Source of the DNA: Longimicrobiales bacterium
GTDB lineage: Bacteria > Gemmatimonadota > Gemmatimonadetes > Longimicrobiales > Gaopeijiaceae
Length of the DNA: 64,000 bases
Assembly (NCBI GenBank): GCA_965249725.1
Contig: CBDFMQ010000002.1
Coordinates: 1,024,001 to 1,088,000, forward strand
Direction: 5' to 3'
The position numbers and the translations under genes are program-made. Below, one piece after another: positions 36,664-48,200 of this stretch; the stretch's first letter is position 1, and the number at the start of each line of letters is the position of its first letter. A model generated the notes under the pieces. It was not told the DNA's origin. It saw nothing but the letters and a program-made list of their open reading frames with translations, and did not search any database.

Positions 36664-37563
36664 ATGACCATCAGCCGGTTCGCACGAAGGCGGGCACGCC
36701 CGTCGGGCCTTGCCCTGGCCGCCGTGCTCGCAACGGCCTGCGGAGAACAAACCGACATCTCCTTCTTCGTTCTCGTGAAGTCGTCGAACTACGCTCAGAA
36801 CAGCGAAGGCGACCTGACACTCCTCAACTTCCACTTCTTCTCCGAGGTCTTTCTCCGTCCGGAGGGCTCGCTCGAATCAGGGACGCTGGCGCGCGAAGGT
36901 GCTAGCGACCCCCCTCTCCCGTACGAGGACCGGGGTGACAATTTCTACATCGAGATGGGCCACTTCGACACGCAAGCAGAGGTCGACCAGGCCCATCCCA
37001 ACGGCACCTATCTGTTCAGCCTGACAGCACCAAGCGTCCGTCTCCGTAGCGTGGCCCTGGAACTCGCCGGCCCCTCTGGCCAGACCGATATCCCGGCGCC
37101 CATCAAGATCTCACTCGAACAGGCGGGTTCGCAGGTATCGCCGCTCGCCGTAGATCCGAATCAGGATCTCGTGGTTCGTTGGAGCGAGTACTCCAACGGA
37201 CGAGCCGATCCGAAAGGCATCGTCGACGACATGATCTTCGTGGTTGTCGCAGATTGTCGGGGTGAACGGCTGTTCCACACCGGACTGCCGTTTCAAGGGC
37301 CCTACACGACGTTCCGAACGGACGAAATTACCGTCGAAGCGGAGCAGCTTACGGCGGGTCAGCCCTACTCCGCCTTTGTGGAGTTCCCGCATGTCGTGGA
37401 CAGCGACGTGGTGAGGGGCGTCCCGGGATTCACGTCCTACGCTACCGCCACCTACCTCGACCTGCACACCACGGGACCGCTCTCGGACACAGGTTGCCCC
37501 GACGCTCCTCCGCCGATGGATACGGGTCAAACGGATCGAATGGCGCCTGTGCGTATCCCCTGA
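36664..37563 (+). CDS. Hypothetical lipoprotein
   Basis: 299 aa, lipobox LATAC, co-oriented with the upstream genes. Confidence 0.75.
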   Translation: MTISRFARRRARPSGLALAAVLATACGEQTDISFFVLVKSSNYAQNSEGDLTLLNFHFFSEVFLRPEGSLESGTLAREGASDPPLPYEDRGDNFYIEMGHFDTQAEVDQAHPNGTYLFSLTAPSVRLRSVALELAGPSGQTDIPAPIKISLEQAGSQVSPLAVDPNQDLVVRWSEYSNGRADPKGIVDDMIFVVVADCRGERLFHTGLPFQGPYTTFRTDEITVEAEQLTAGQPYSAFVEFPHVVDSDVVRGVPGFTSYATATYLDLHTTGPLSDTGCPDAPPPMDTGQTDRMAPVRIP

Positions 37564-37602
37564 CGATCCGAAAGCAGGAAGCACCCCACGGAGCCTGGTG
37601 GG

Positions 37603-38682
37603 TCAGTCCCTCCGGGGTGTATTAGGCAATCCACTTCGACGTAGCGGCAGAGCGGGTACCGAGTCACCCGGAGCCACCAGCCAACCCTCGAAACGCTGGT
37701 ATCGCTGTAGGTAGTCGCCACCGGGTACTTCCCGCCACACGATGGCTTCGCTCGGGAGTAGATAGGCTTGGGTCAGGCCGGAAAGCGGCGGTGCGAAGAC
37801 AGCGCGTCCCCCCGCATGCTCTACCGGATCGGGCGTATCGAAAAGCCACTCCACCGACTTGAAGGTGGTGTCCCTGGCAAGCGCGATCGTCCCCTTGATG
37901 CTCGGCTTGTTGTCCTTCTTCGGGCAGTACCTCAGCGTCCACCCCTCGGGCCCCTCGTGCTCAACCACCAACCGATGCCGCTCACCGAAGAGGTCGTCGA
38001 CGAAGTGTGGAGCGAAGTCCGCATCGAGCGGTGCGTAGACCCACGAGTCGTACGGGCGGGCCCCATCGGTGCGACGAACCTTGAACGCGTATCCGTCCCT
38101 CTGGATGCGTCGGCTCCAGCTGAAGCGAAGAAGCGACGATGACGAGCGTTGGCTCAGTGCCAGAGAGGGGAGGTCGAGCGGGCCGAGTTTGGAAAGCGGC
38201 ACCACGGTGTCGGCCTCGGCGAGGTAGGTCGCCACGCCCAGAGTGTCCATGAGCCCGTGGTAGCGGAGGCGCGCGAGCTGCCACAACTGCCTGGCCAGAG
38301 CGTCGTCGCGCCCCTGCTCGCAGGTCGCTTCTTCCGTCGTCACCAAGAGCCCCTCGAGCATCAAGGGGGCTTCGTCGAGCTGGATCGCGTAGTCGTCCAC
38401 GTCCTCCTCGACGGTGATGCCCACCGTCTTGAATCCCAATCCGCCGATCTGAAGGGTCACCGCCTGGAAGGCGATGCTTTCGGGGAAGAAGAAACGGCCA
38501 TCGGCGTCGGTGAGACGCGCCGCGATGCGTCGATTGGCGGTCCACACCTCGATGGCGACCCCCTCGAGCGGCTCACCTCCTCTGGCCGTGACGACACCTC
38601 TGATCTGTGCCGAAGCCTCCGTCGCCCAAACCCCCGAAACAACGAGGGCGAGCATCAGGATCCTTACGATGTTCCTACTCAC
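37603..38682 (-). CDS. Secreted protein with carboxypeptidase-regulatory-like N-domain
   Basis: Signal peptide, then IRGVVT..GEPLEGVAI...TDADGRF...LGFKT. Confidence 0.8.
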   Translation of the reverse strand: MSRNIVRILMLALVVSGVWATEASAQIRGVVTARGGEPLEGVAIEVWTANRRIAARLTDADGRFFFPESIAFQAVTLQIGGLGFKTVGITVEEDVDDYAIQLDEAPLMLEGLLVTTEEATCEQGRDDALARQLWQLARLRYHGLMDTLGVATYLAEADTVVPLSKLGPLDLPSLALSQRSSSSLLRFSWSRRIQRDGYAFKVRRTDGARPYDSWVYAPLDADFAPHFVDDLFGERHRLVVEHEGPEGWTLRYCPKKDNKPSIKGTIALARDTTFKSVEWLFDTPDPVEHAGGRAVFAPPLSGLTQAYLLPSEAIVWREVPGGDYLQRYQRFEGWLVAPGDSVPALPLRRSGLPNTPRRD

Positions 38683-38881
38683 ATGACTCTCCGGTCCTAC
38701 GAAGGCCAGTCCGCTCCGAGTGGCGACTCGGCCCTTTCATGTTCTATCGGCCTGTCGGCGGCAGGTTCCCCCGCGCCTCGGGCGGTCACAATACATATAC
38801 GACAGAGGGGTCGTCTCATTAACTCGGACGACCCCCCCACCGGTTTCCGTTAAACCCTGCCGGACCCAGAATGTCCAGGGC

Positions 38882-41614
38882 TCAGAGGATGGGCCCCTCC
38901 TGCGCCGAACCGTAGAAGATCCCGTTGAAGAGCAGCGGGAACGCCGCATGGGACTGCGAACGGAAGGTGATCCTCGGCGAGAACAAGAACAGCTTGCCCT
39001 CCCCGAGCGGTGCCTCGATCAACGCGGTTCCGTTCTGCATGCGCTCCTGGCCCCACGCCCACCCGCTTCGCAGGGGCTGATCGGTATCGAACCATCCGAC
39101 TCGCTTGATTCCCTGCGCCTCCCAGCCCGACTCGAGCTGGAAGAGGGGGCTGTGGCTGATGAGCACGTCCAATCGCTCACCGAGCCCATGCGTGACCGGG
39201 CTGACGTCCTCGAGCTTGAGGGAGTGCACGGATCCGGGGGCATAGTATTGCTCCCCGGTCAGCGGCTGACCGTTTTCAACCAGATGGTTGCTCATCGGAA
39301 GACCGGCATAGTACCCCAACACCGACGAACTGCCGACGGCGATCACCGTCCCGCCCGCTCGGGCGAACTCCAGGATCTCCGGCACCGTCCCGTCGGCCGT
39401 AACTGACCCCAGTCGGCCACGAAGGTCTTCGGGAATGGTGGCCGGGTCCAAAGGGCTACGGAACCGTTCGCGACCGCTCCGACCGCCGTCGCTGGGGGCA
39501 GGGATCGCGCCATCCTCGAAGACCAAGACGTCGAACCGGTCGCGCAGGTTGCCCTCGGTCAGCTCGGGCGGATAGACGACCTCGAAGTCGAATCCGAAGT
39601 CCTCCATGATCATGCGGGTCCAGCCGGACGCCATCGAGCCTCCGTACTGATCCCACAGGCCGACTCTGGGGCGACGCATCTTGAGCGTGCCGCCCATCGG
39701 CGCGCTGATCCCCTGGAAGCTCACTCCCGTCTCGTTGGCCAACGTCTCCAACGCGGCGGCGGCGACCTGGCTCGCCGGAACGTAGAAGGCGCCGTCCGTC
39801 AGGTTAGTGCCACCCGGAGCCTCGAGCAGCCAATACACGTCACTCCCCTGAGCGAGCAGCCGGTTCAGAACCAGGAACGAGTTGTTGTTGCGGTGGTCGA
39901 ACGCGTACCCGGACGCCGCGGCTGCAGCCATCACCTGACCGGCTGGAATCTCGGCGAGTCCGTCGATCGACTCGAAGGGTCCATCGAAGCCGTCCAAGAT
40001 GCGGTCGAATTCGATGCCCATCTGGAACGCCAGCGTCCACCCCGCGTTGTCATACGGAGGCGTGGGTGGGCCACCCGGATAGGCGAAGTCGTTCGGGTGC
40101 TGCTGGGGCTCGAACATGTCCATCACGTGGGGGCGGAAGGCCTGGTTCGTCTTCACCACGTATGAGCCCGCACCGTATCGGGTACCGGCCACATTGAAGC
40201 CCGCCGTCGCACGATGGACGTTTACGCCGTTCTTCAGGAGCGTGTTGACGAACTTGGTGGCGGTAGCGAAATCGGGCTGATCCACCGGCAGAATGAATCC
40301 CCGCGGATCGCGTCCCTCACGGGGCCGCAGCAGCCGCTGATAGTCGGCGGCGGATCCGGTCGCCCCGGGCCCCAAACTCCGGGCCGCATCCTCGACCTCG
40401 AAGGGCAGAACCGTCCAGGTGTCACGCTCACCACGCTCAATCGAGTTCATGCCCATGCGCCAGATGCTGTAGAGCAGATGATCACGGTTCCTCGACGCGT
40501 AGTCGAGGACCGCCCAGTTGGCCGTCTGGGAGTACTCGATCGATTGCCGGAAATGCCACACACCGGGCTCGACCGGCAGCGGCAGATCCCCATGGGGCAA
40601 CTGTCGATCGGGCCGGAAGGGAATCTCGATCGGAGTCGGGTTGCCGATCGTCTCGGTGAGTAGGCCCACCATATTCTTGAAATACGGAGTCGTCCTGAGC
40701 CCTCCGTTCCACCAGGTGGAGTAGCTGGCCCCAGAACGCATGGTGGTGCCCCCCTTCCCCTCCCGGACGAACCGGCCGTGCATGGCGGCACCGACCCCGT
40801 CGAGGCCCGTGATGATGAGGGGATCGAGGTTGTGATTCGGGGGGTCACGGAAGGGCGGAGCGAACATCACCGTTCCAGACGGGCCCGTCTGGTGATGGTT
40901 GTACACGATTTGCGGATACCACTCACGATAGATCACCTCGTTCATGTTGGTGCTCTCCGCGAGCGCCGACATGTAGAAGTCTCGGTTGTTGTCGTGCCCC
41001 GCATATTCGTTGTACAGCTCGGGCACGCCGCTCGTACTCCGCTCGAGTGGATCGTCTTCTCGCATATACCAGTCGGACACGAGCTCCATGCCGTCGGGGT
41101 TGGCATGCACCGCCAGCAGAATCACGTCATCCAGGATCCGGAGAGTCTCGGGGTCCGAGCGACTCACCATCCGGTACACCAACTCCATGAGCTGCTGGGC
41201 TCCCAGGACCTCGGTAGCGTGGAGTCCACCGTCGATCCAGATGACGGCCTTCCCTTCCTCGGACAAGGCGCGAGCCTCCTGCTCGGAGACCCCTTCGGCC
41301 TTCGCGAGACGCCGTGAGATCTCTCGATACCGATCGAGATTCGAACGGTTCTCGGGCGACGTGATGATCGCCATGATCTGGGGCCTGCCCTGAGAGGTGA
41401 GACCGATGTCGAGCACTGACATTCGATCCGACTCGCCGGCCAGCTTCTGCCAGTACTCGTACAGTTGAGTGTAGTTGGGCAGCTCGTAGTCCGCTCCGAT
41501 CTCGTGCCCGAACTGTTGCTCGGGAGAGGTCACCGCCTCCTGGCCGATAGCCGGAAGCGCGAACACCGCGACGACGAGTAGAACGAAGGGGAAAGACGAC
41601 TTCAAAGAACGCAT
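38882..41614 (-). CDS. M14-family zinc carboxypeptidase with C-terminal GATase-like region
   Basis: GLHATE, NPDG, HDNNRD and NHHQ. Signal peptide. Confidence 0.9.
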   Translation of the reverse strand: MRSLKSSFPFVLLVVAVFALPAIGQEAVTSPEQQFGHEIGADYELPNYTQLYEYWQKLAGESDRMSVLDIGLTSQGRPQIMAIITSPENRSNLDRYREISRRLAKAEGVSEQEARALSEEGKAVIWIDGGLHATEVLGAQQLMELVYRMVSRSDPETLRILDDVILLAVHANPDGMELVSDWYMREDDPLERSTSGVPELYNEYAGHDNNRDFYMSALAESTNMNEVIYREWYPQIVYNHHQTGPSGTVMFAPPFRDPPNHNLDPLIITGLDGVGAAMHGRFVREGKGGTTMRSGASYSTWWNGGLRTTPYFKNMVGLLTETIGNPTPIEIPFRPDRQLPHGDLPLPVEPGVWHFRQSIEYSQTANWAVLDYASRNRDHLLYSIWRMGMNSIERGERDTWTVLPFEVEDAARSLGPGATGSAADYQRLLRPREGRDPRGFILPVDQPDFATATKFVNTLLKNGVNVHRATAGFNVAGTRYGAGSYVVKTNQAFRPHVMDMFEPQQHPNDFAYPGGPPTPPYDNAGWTLAFQMGIEFDRILDGFDGPFESIDGLAEIPAGQVMAAAAASGYAFDHRNNNSFLVLNRLLAQGSDVYWLLEAPGGTNLTDGAFYVPASQVAAAALETLANETGVSFQGISAPMGGTLKMRRPRVGLWDQYGGSMASGWTRMIMEDFGFDFEVVYPPELTEGNLRDRFDVLVFEDGAIPAPSDGGRSGRERFRSPLDPATIPEDLRGRLGSVTADGTVPEILEFARAGGTVIAVGSSSVLGYYAGLPMSNHLVENGQPLTGEQYYAPGSVHSLKLEDVSPVTHGLGERLDVLISHSPLFQLESGWEAQGIKRVGWFDTDQPLRSGWAWGQERMQNGTALIEAPLGEGKLFLFSPRITFRSQSHAAFPLLFNGIFYGSAQEGPIL

Positions 41615-41720
41615 CGGGATCACCCGGATTGTAGGCCATGAGAAAGGTCACAACTGATCTTCTGGCACCCGGGGCGTCGCGTCAACCGGTGGCGGCGGAG
41701 TCGAGCGGCGCAGCCGCCGA

Positions 41721-41759
41721 GGCACCCGCTGGGCGCCCGCTGGGCCCCCGCTGGGCCCC
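41721..41759. repeat. 11-bp tandem repeat x3.5
   Basis: GGCNCCCGCTG units. Confidence 0.8.
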
Positions 41760-41820
41760 AAGAGCGCGCGCTCGACCGGGCCTAACCCCAAGTGGACAGG
41801 AGCGGGCCTGCGAGCGGCGC

Positions 41821-44800
41821 TCACCAAGCATCCTGACGCTGCTGCGTGGTGTAGAAGACTATCCGCTCCTTCACGGGTTCATCCGTCAATCGGGTCCAGC
41901 AGGCGGCGTACATTTCGACCTGTTTACGGTACGTATTCTGCCGGTCCACAAAGTCGGGATCGGTGCCGATGTCCGTCTTATAGTCGGCGATGATCCAACC
42001 GTCCGATTCCCGAAAGGCGAGATCGATGACCCCCTCCACATAGCTCATCGTCCCTGCTTTCCCCGACCTCTCGGCGCTCTCCAGCTCCGGCATTCTGGTA
42101 GAGAACGGGATCTCCACGAGCGTCTGGTCCGCAGCCTGGGCCCGTTCCCAAAGTGACGACGCACGCACGACATCGACCAGCGCAACGAGTTCATCCAGCT
42201 CCGTGGGCTCCCCGCCCGAATCCAGAGGTCGCTCGTTTTCCAGGAGAAGGGCGCGGCCCACGGCTCTCAACTCCGCGGCCGTCAGCTCTGCCGCGGCCGC
42301 TGCGAGAACGCCGTGCACGACCGTTCCCCAACTGAATCCGCGAGAGCGGTGTGCCACCTCGTGATCACTAGAGCCACCCTCCGCCTCATCCGATGAGTCG
42401 GGCTCCGCGCTCACAATCCCGAAGTCCAGTGCGAACTGTGGCTCGGAGGCTGACGGCTGCTCCGCTGCCAACGGCTGCTCCACCACGAGAGGCGGCTCCG
42501 GGCCTCCTGTCTCCTTCGCTACGGAGGTCACCGAACGAAAGCGGTATCCCGGTCGACCCTTCTTGTCTCGCCTCACGTCCACGCCGACCCCCCGGTCCCG
42601 GACCGCTCTGCCCGCCTCTGCCAGAGTGGCCCTAGGAGGAGGCTCCTCTGCGACCATCGAGTCGAGCCGTACTCCACGTTCCTGCAACCAAGGATCGAGA
42701 AGCGCCCAGGGAGACGTGTCCTTCCCGTCGGCTCTTCTGGCCACGACCAGCTCGTCCTCCGCCCTGGTCGCGGCCACATACATGAGGCGGACACCCTCGG
42801 CCTCGGCGAACCGCTTCTCCGCGGCCTCCCGCTCGAACCAGTCCGGAGGCATCGCGTGTATGGTCCGGCTCCACTTCTTGCGGGTCTGGACGACCAGGTA
42901 TCCGGCCGCCGTACCGTCCTCCAGACGAGCCACGTGATGCTCTGGGTCCCTCGGGGTATCCGCTATCGGCGCGGCCAACACGACGACCGGGGCTTGGAGG
43001 CCCTTGGCCTTGTGAATGTTCATGATCCGTACGGCATCGGAGCGCCCGGGCTGAAGCGGCGCCTCGGGCTCCTTCGCTTCCAGGGCGAGACGCACCGCCT
43101 GAAGCGCTCCCGCAATGGACGTACTGCCCTCCAGGGTCGAGGACGCCACGGCGTCGAGGATGTACAGGAGCGCGCCGGAACGGATCTGGCCGAGCGGGCC
43201 CGACGCCGCATGAGGGAGGAGGCCTAGCTCGTCTACGATCCGGGCCAGCACGCCGTCCGCGGGAGCCCGACGCATCGCTTCCCACCATCCGTTGATCCGC
43301 TCCAGAGCCTTGGTCACCTCCGTATCCGGTTGGTTGTGCGGAGACGTGATCGTGAAGCGACCGCCCTTCACCCGGTGATCCAACAGTTGATCGAAATCGA
43401 GGCCGAAGAAGAGCCCGACCAGCACGGCCGCCAACTTCACGGGGTCCGTGGGATCGGCCAGGCACTCCAGAAGGCCCACCAACTCGGAGATCTCCTCTTC
43501 CTGCCCAACGGCCACGCCGGAGAGGGCGACGGGCAGCCCCCGCGCCTCGAGTTCTCGGGCATAGGGCTCGAGGTCCCTCCGGTACTTCGTGAGGATCAAG
43601 AAGTCGCCCGGCCTACGATCACCCTCCGGCCCGCACCGGCGGCTCACCCAGGTGGCCAGACGCGCAGCATCCTCGGCGACCAGGCCCTCCCTGTTGGTCT
43701 CTTCGACCAAGTAGTGGAACACGCCTCGGGGCTCATCGCCGGACTTTTGGTCGGGCTTCAAGCGCTGCGGAAGCAACGGGGCGAAAGACGCCTGATACGC
43801 CGTCGCCACCGACGGGAAGCCTTCCTGGCCCTCGAAGACGTCATTCACCAGCTCGGCAATGCCCGGCACCGAGCGGAAGTTCGCCTCCAACCCCAATACC
43901 CTGCCGAACGCACTGAATCGGTCCTTGACCGCGTTGTAGACCGTGATATCGGCTCGGCGGAACCGATAGATGCTTTGTTTGGGATCGCCCACGACGAAGA
44001 GGGCGCCTGGACGGGGCTCCAGTACCAGCCAGTGCTCGTCGGGCCCCCGGTCACTCGGCGCGGGCGGCGGCGCGGGTGGCGCGACGGCGGTCGCATCGCT
44101 CGCGTCGCTCAACGGCTCGGCGGCCAGGAGCATGAGAATCTCGGCCTGTACGGGATCGGTATCCTGAAACTCGTCGACCAGCACGCGACGGTACCGGATG
44201 CCGAGCTGCCGCCGGGCGTCAGGGCTGGACCGAAGCAGCGCCACGGTTAGCATGAGAAGATCCTGGAAGTTGAGCCTCCCGGTCCGGCGCCTCTCCGCCT
44301 CCCAGGCCTTGGCTGCCCCTACGACCATACGGATCGCCACGGCGTATCGGTGCATCTGCCACTGCAGCAGCAGACGGTGCGCGGGAGAGTCCACCGCAAC
44401 GAAATCACAAAACGCGTCCCTCAACTCCTTTGCCTTGGATTTGATGGCAGGGTCATCCGACCATCGGTTCAGGACGACCTTGTACGTCTTGCGGCCGGCC
44501 ACTTCGGAGAGGGCACTCAAGAACTCCAGGTTTGTGTCCCAGCCGATGATGCCAATCGAGTACCGGAGCGCGTTCACCTTGGTTTGGACGTCATCCCATC
44601 CCTTCTGAGGCTCCGCGTCGGGCATGATCTCCTCGGCCCGGGCCATGAGGGCGATGAGCTCCTCTCGAACAGCCGCAATGGCCTGCGAGTCGGGCTTGGA
44701 TATGGCTTCGGCCGGGAAGTCCACGTCCGGCTGCTCGCATACCTCCTGGAACAGGCGCTCGAGCTGACGCGGATGGAGTCCCACCTCCGAGAGGTGCCCC

Positions 44801-45279
44801 AGGACAGGATCTCCGTCGGCAGCCAACCTCTCCAGGTGGGCGGCCCAGAACTCCGCGGTGAACTTGACCGAAGCCTCTTCTGTCAACTCCTGGAAGCCCG
44901 GGTCGAGACCCGCCTCCAGGGGCCGCTCACGGAGGAGTCGCACGCAAAAGGCATGGATCGTCCCGATGAACAACTGATCCAGAGACGAAAGGGCCTGACG
45001 CAGCCTGACGACCTCGCTCGACCCCGGCGAGGCCTCCGCAAGCTCACTCTCGAGTTGTGCCTGAAAGCGCTCACGAAGCTCGCCCGCTGCCTTGCGAGTG
45101 AATGTCACAGCGGCAATCTCCGCCGCGGTCGCCGTACCCAGACGAATCAGCGCCACCATGCGTCTCAGTAGGGACGTCGTCTTCCCCGAACCCGCACCCG
45201 CCTCCACCAGGATGTTCGTGTCCAGATCCGTATCGATGTCGGTCCTGGCGGCCTGGTCCGGAAGGGTCGGCTTGTTCAC
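41821..45279 (-). CDS. addA: AddA-like UvrD helicase-nuclease
   Basis: AGAGSGKT, TFTRKAA, DEFQD, GDPKQSIYRFR, IHKAKGL, YVAATRA and C-terminal GVID...DYKT. GTG 45279 with GGGAGG RBS. Confidence 0.9.
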   Translation of the reverse strand: MNKPTLPDQAARTDIDTDLDTNILVEAGAGSGKTTSLLRRMVALIRLGTATAAEIAAVTFTRKAAGELRERFQAQLESELAEASPGSSEVVRLRQALSSLDQLFIGTIHAFCVRLLRERPLEAGLDPGFQELTEEASVKFTAEFWAAHLERLAADGDPVLGHLSEVGLHPRQLERLFQEVCEQPDVDFPAEAISKPDSQAIAAVREELIALMARAEEIMPDAEPQKGWDDVQTKVNALRYSIGIIGWDTNLEFLSALSEVAGRKTYKVVLNRWSDDPAIKSKAKELRDAFCDFVAVDSPAHRLLLQWQMHRYAVAIRMVVGAAKAWEAERRRTGRLNFQDLLMLTVALLRSSPDARRQLGIRYRRVLVDEFQDTDPVQAEILMLLAAEPLSDASDATAVAPPAPPPAPSDRGPDEHWLVLEPRPGALFVVGDPKQSIYRFRRADITVYNAVKDRFSAFGRVLGLEANFRSVPGIAELVNDVFEGQEGFPSVATAYQASFAPLLPQRLKPDQKSGDEPRGVFHYLVEETNREGLVAEDAARLATWVSRRCGPEGDRRPGDFLILTKYRRDLEPYARELEARGLPVALSGVAVGQEEEISELVGLLECLADPTDPVKLAAVLVGLFFGLDFDQLLDHRVKGGRFTITSPHNQPDTEVTKALERINGWWEAMRRAPADGVLARIVDELGLLPHAASGPLGQIRSGALLYILDAVASSTLEGSTSIAGALQAVRLALEAKEPEAPLQPGRSDAVRIMNIHKAKGLQAPVVVLAAPIADTPRDPEHHVARLEDGTAAGYLVVQTRKKWSRTIHAMPPDWFEREAAEKRFAEAEGVRLMYVAATRAEDELVVARRADGKDTSPWALLDPWLQERGVRLDSMVAEEPPPRATLAEAGRAVRDRGVGVDVRRDKKGRPGYRFRSVTSVAKETGGPEPPLVVEQPLAAEQPSASEPQFALDFGIVSAEPDSSDEAEGGSSDHEVAHRSRGFSWGTVVHGVLAAAAAELTAAELRAVGRALLLENERPLDSGGEPTELDELVALVDVVRASSLWERAQAADQTLVEIPFSTRMPELESAERSGKAGTMSYVEGVIDLAFRESDGWIIADYKTDIGTDPDFVDRQNTYRKQVEMYAACWTRLTDEPVKERIVFYTTQQRQDAW

Positions 45280-48200
45280 CTGTCCTCCCATTCCCTTATG
45301 CGACGAAGCCCGGCGTATTCCTCGAGCATGAGCATATTGCGCTCCCCCCAGTCGGCCATCGGCGAGGTATAGCTCCAGTCACCGGAAGAGACCTTGCAGA
45401 CGGACCTGAAGTCGCAGATACCGCAGTCTGCCGGGTCATTGGTCGGCAGGAGCCGTCCCGAGGCCACCTGATCCAGCATCACCTCCAACAACTCCACTCC
45501 AGTGCGAAGTGCGTCGCGGCTGAATCGCCGTTCCTCGTTCTGCCCTCGGGCCGTCGGAAAAACATACGAGACGTCGGCTACCGGCTCGCCCAACAGCCGT
45601 TCTGCGACCTCGGCGTAGATCACGTGCTGCATACGCCGGCCTCCATTGAACACGGCCGATGCGGGTGTGAAACCGAAGAGCGACCCCGTCTTGTAGTCGA
45701 GGATGTGAAGACCCTCTTCGTCCCGATCGACTCGGTCTACAGCGCCCTGAATCGAGATCGAACCCCGACCTATCGGCACCTCCACCGAAGGGGCATCGTC
45801 GCGCCCGAACTTCATTTCGAGCCGAACCCACGGTGCGCCGCGCTCCCGCACGAAACAGACGAAGGACCGCACGTCCTCCTTCAGGCCCGCTAGACCGTGC
45901 GCATAAACGGCCTCGTTGGGGACCGGCACGACGGCTCTCAAGCTGGTCGCCTCCTGCTCAATCATCTCGATCGCCACGCTGATGAAACCAGGGTCCTCCG
46001 GTTTGAGAGTCCGCTCCCGAGCGGTCGCCAGCGTCCTTTCGAAGACACGGTGGAGCAACGCGCCCCGCTGCAAGTGGTCCAGCCAGCGTTCCGGGTCGAA
46101 CGTCGGATCCTCCTGAGGACGTAAACCGATGCCGTAGCGAAGGAGGTATCGGAGCGGGCAGGTGCCCAGCGCTTCCAGGCGGGTAGCCGAGGCCAAGAGA
46201 AGCGGATTCGCGCGCGGGTCCATCAACTCCGGGCGAGGTGTCACCAACCCGTGGTGTGCCGAAGCACGATCGAGGGTTCGGCGGTGCCTGGCCTCCAGTC
46301 CGCTCCTCAGCCCGGGAAAGGCCTCGGCCAACGCATCCCCGGCTTGCAGCAGTACGCCGTCCCTACCCAACGCATCGAACCACACGTCGATGCTGTCCAA
46401 AGGCCCGAACCGTGGAATCGCACAGACCGGCTCTCCCACCGACTCGTGAAAGTCCTTGAAGGTGGCATCGGGTCTAGCCTTCCAGAGCCTGAACATGTCG
46501 AGGAGCACCGACGACGGTTGAACGACCCTGGCCTCCGCCGAGTCCCAGGCCGTGTAGCTGGCGGTGACACGGCCCCGCGTCTTGGCAAGGAGCCCTGCCA
46601 ACTGAAAGCGCCTCTCCGAGAGCCTGTCCGCGGAAGTGGGCAGTCCCGAAGCCAATTCCTTGCGATCGACATCGAGCAAGATCGGGTCCTGGACTCCAGC
46701 CCCCGGAAAGCGACCTGCATCCAACCCGACGACGAAGGTGGCTTTTCTGCCGGTGTATCCCCCGTGGGCCAGGTCGGTGAGATGAACGTGGCCGCCCGAG
46801 GACTTCCACGGCGGGGATCCTTCGTCCCACGCAGCTCGAACCCGGATGTCCAAGTGGCTGCGAAGCGCGGCCATCGCCGAATCGAACGCCGTTTTGCGGG
46901 TGAGAGTCTCCGCGATCCGCGCGAGACGCCCGAGCAGATCCTCCCGGGCCACTACGTCGGCGCCTTCTCCCTCGGGCACCAGACGCAAGAAAGCCTGAAC
47001 GCCCCGGGCCAGCTCCGCTGCCGATACACTACCGCTCTCCAGAACGAGCGGTTGGGGTGTCCACGGGGTGGACGTCTCCAAGACGTCGACGAGGGCCCCC
47101 AGGGCCTTCAACTCACGTACGCGGTGCTCCCCGCGCGCCTGGGCCTCCTCCGGAGTTTCGTCCCTGAAAGGCCTCACCTTGCCCCCATCAACCTCCTCCT
47201 GGGCGAGCATTTGGGCGCTCTGTACCGCAGGCAGATACCTGGTCCGTCCCCACCCGATGCGGAGACGGCGAAGGCGTCGGGACAGTGCCGCGGAGGATAC
47301 ATCCTCGTAGCCCGACGGCGCCGCGAGGTCACCGGCCTCGAATAGCCCGCGAAGGACCTCTGCGGGAAAACCGCCCTCGATCCAGCGTAGGTAGGCATCC
47401 ATGGCCCGCCCCGGTCGGGTGCGGCCGATGGCGAGTCCCACGCCAAAGCTGCAGGGCACCTGTAGTTGGCGGGACAAGGCGTCCAGAGCCGGCCCGTAGG
47501 TGGCCGGATCGGGAGTGACGATCTCGACGTCGTCCCATCGAAGACCACTCAGCATGGTGCGACGCAGCACCTCCCGGAGCTCGTCGCGGACGCTCGCGGC
47601 GGAGAACATCTCCACATCAGGCCGATCATCCTCATCTGGTGCCTGGTCGGGTGCGTGCAGGAAGGAGAACCGGCCCCTCGCTGGGACCGCCTTCCAGACC
47701 ATCCCCTCCGGCGGACGCATTCCAACGACGGGATCGGTAGCCAGCATTCTCGCGCCCTGCTGCTGGAGGGCATCGATGAACCGGCCGCCGACACCCCTCG
47801 AGCTCAGCCCCGGCAAGAGAAAGACGTGGGCTCCGTCCACCTCACTCGATCCGCCTCGACCGACGACCTCGGTCGCCCGGCGCAGCACCTCGCTCGGGTC
47901 CGCTACCTCTCGCTCGGCCAACGTCGTCTCGTATACCCCGAGCACTTCGGCGAGAAAGGCCCGTCGTGAAGAGCGGGCCTCGATCGCATCAGGGATGACG
48001 CCCACCGGGGCTACACCCACCGGGGCTACACCCGCCGGGGCTACACCCGCCGGGGCTACACCCACCGGGGCTACCCCCACCGGAGCTACACCCGCCATCC
48101 TCAAAGCCGACACGACGTCCAGTACGGCCTCACGAAAACCCACACCGTGTTCGAGAAGGGCGAGGTCCGGCCACTGATCGGTCGCGAACACGCTATCCAT

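Noticed and set aside
41721..41759. 11-bp repeat as a regulatory site
   Set aside because: Short GC-only slippage-type repeat in an intergenic gap with nothing else supporting a function.
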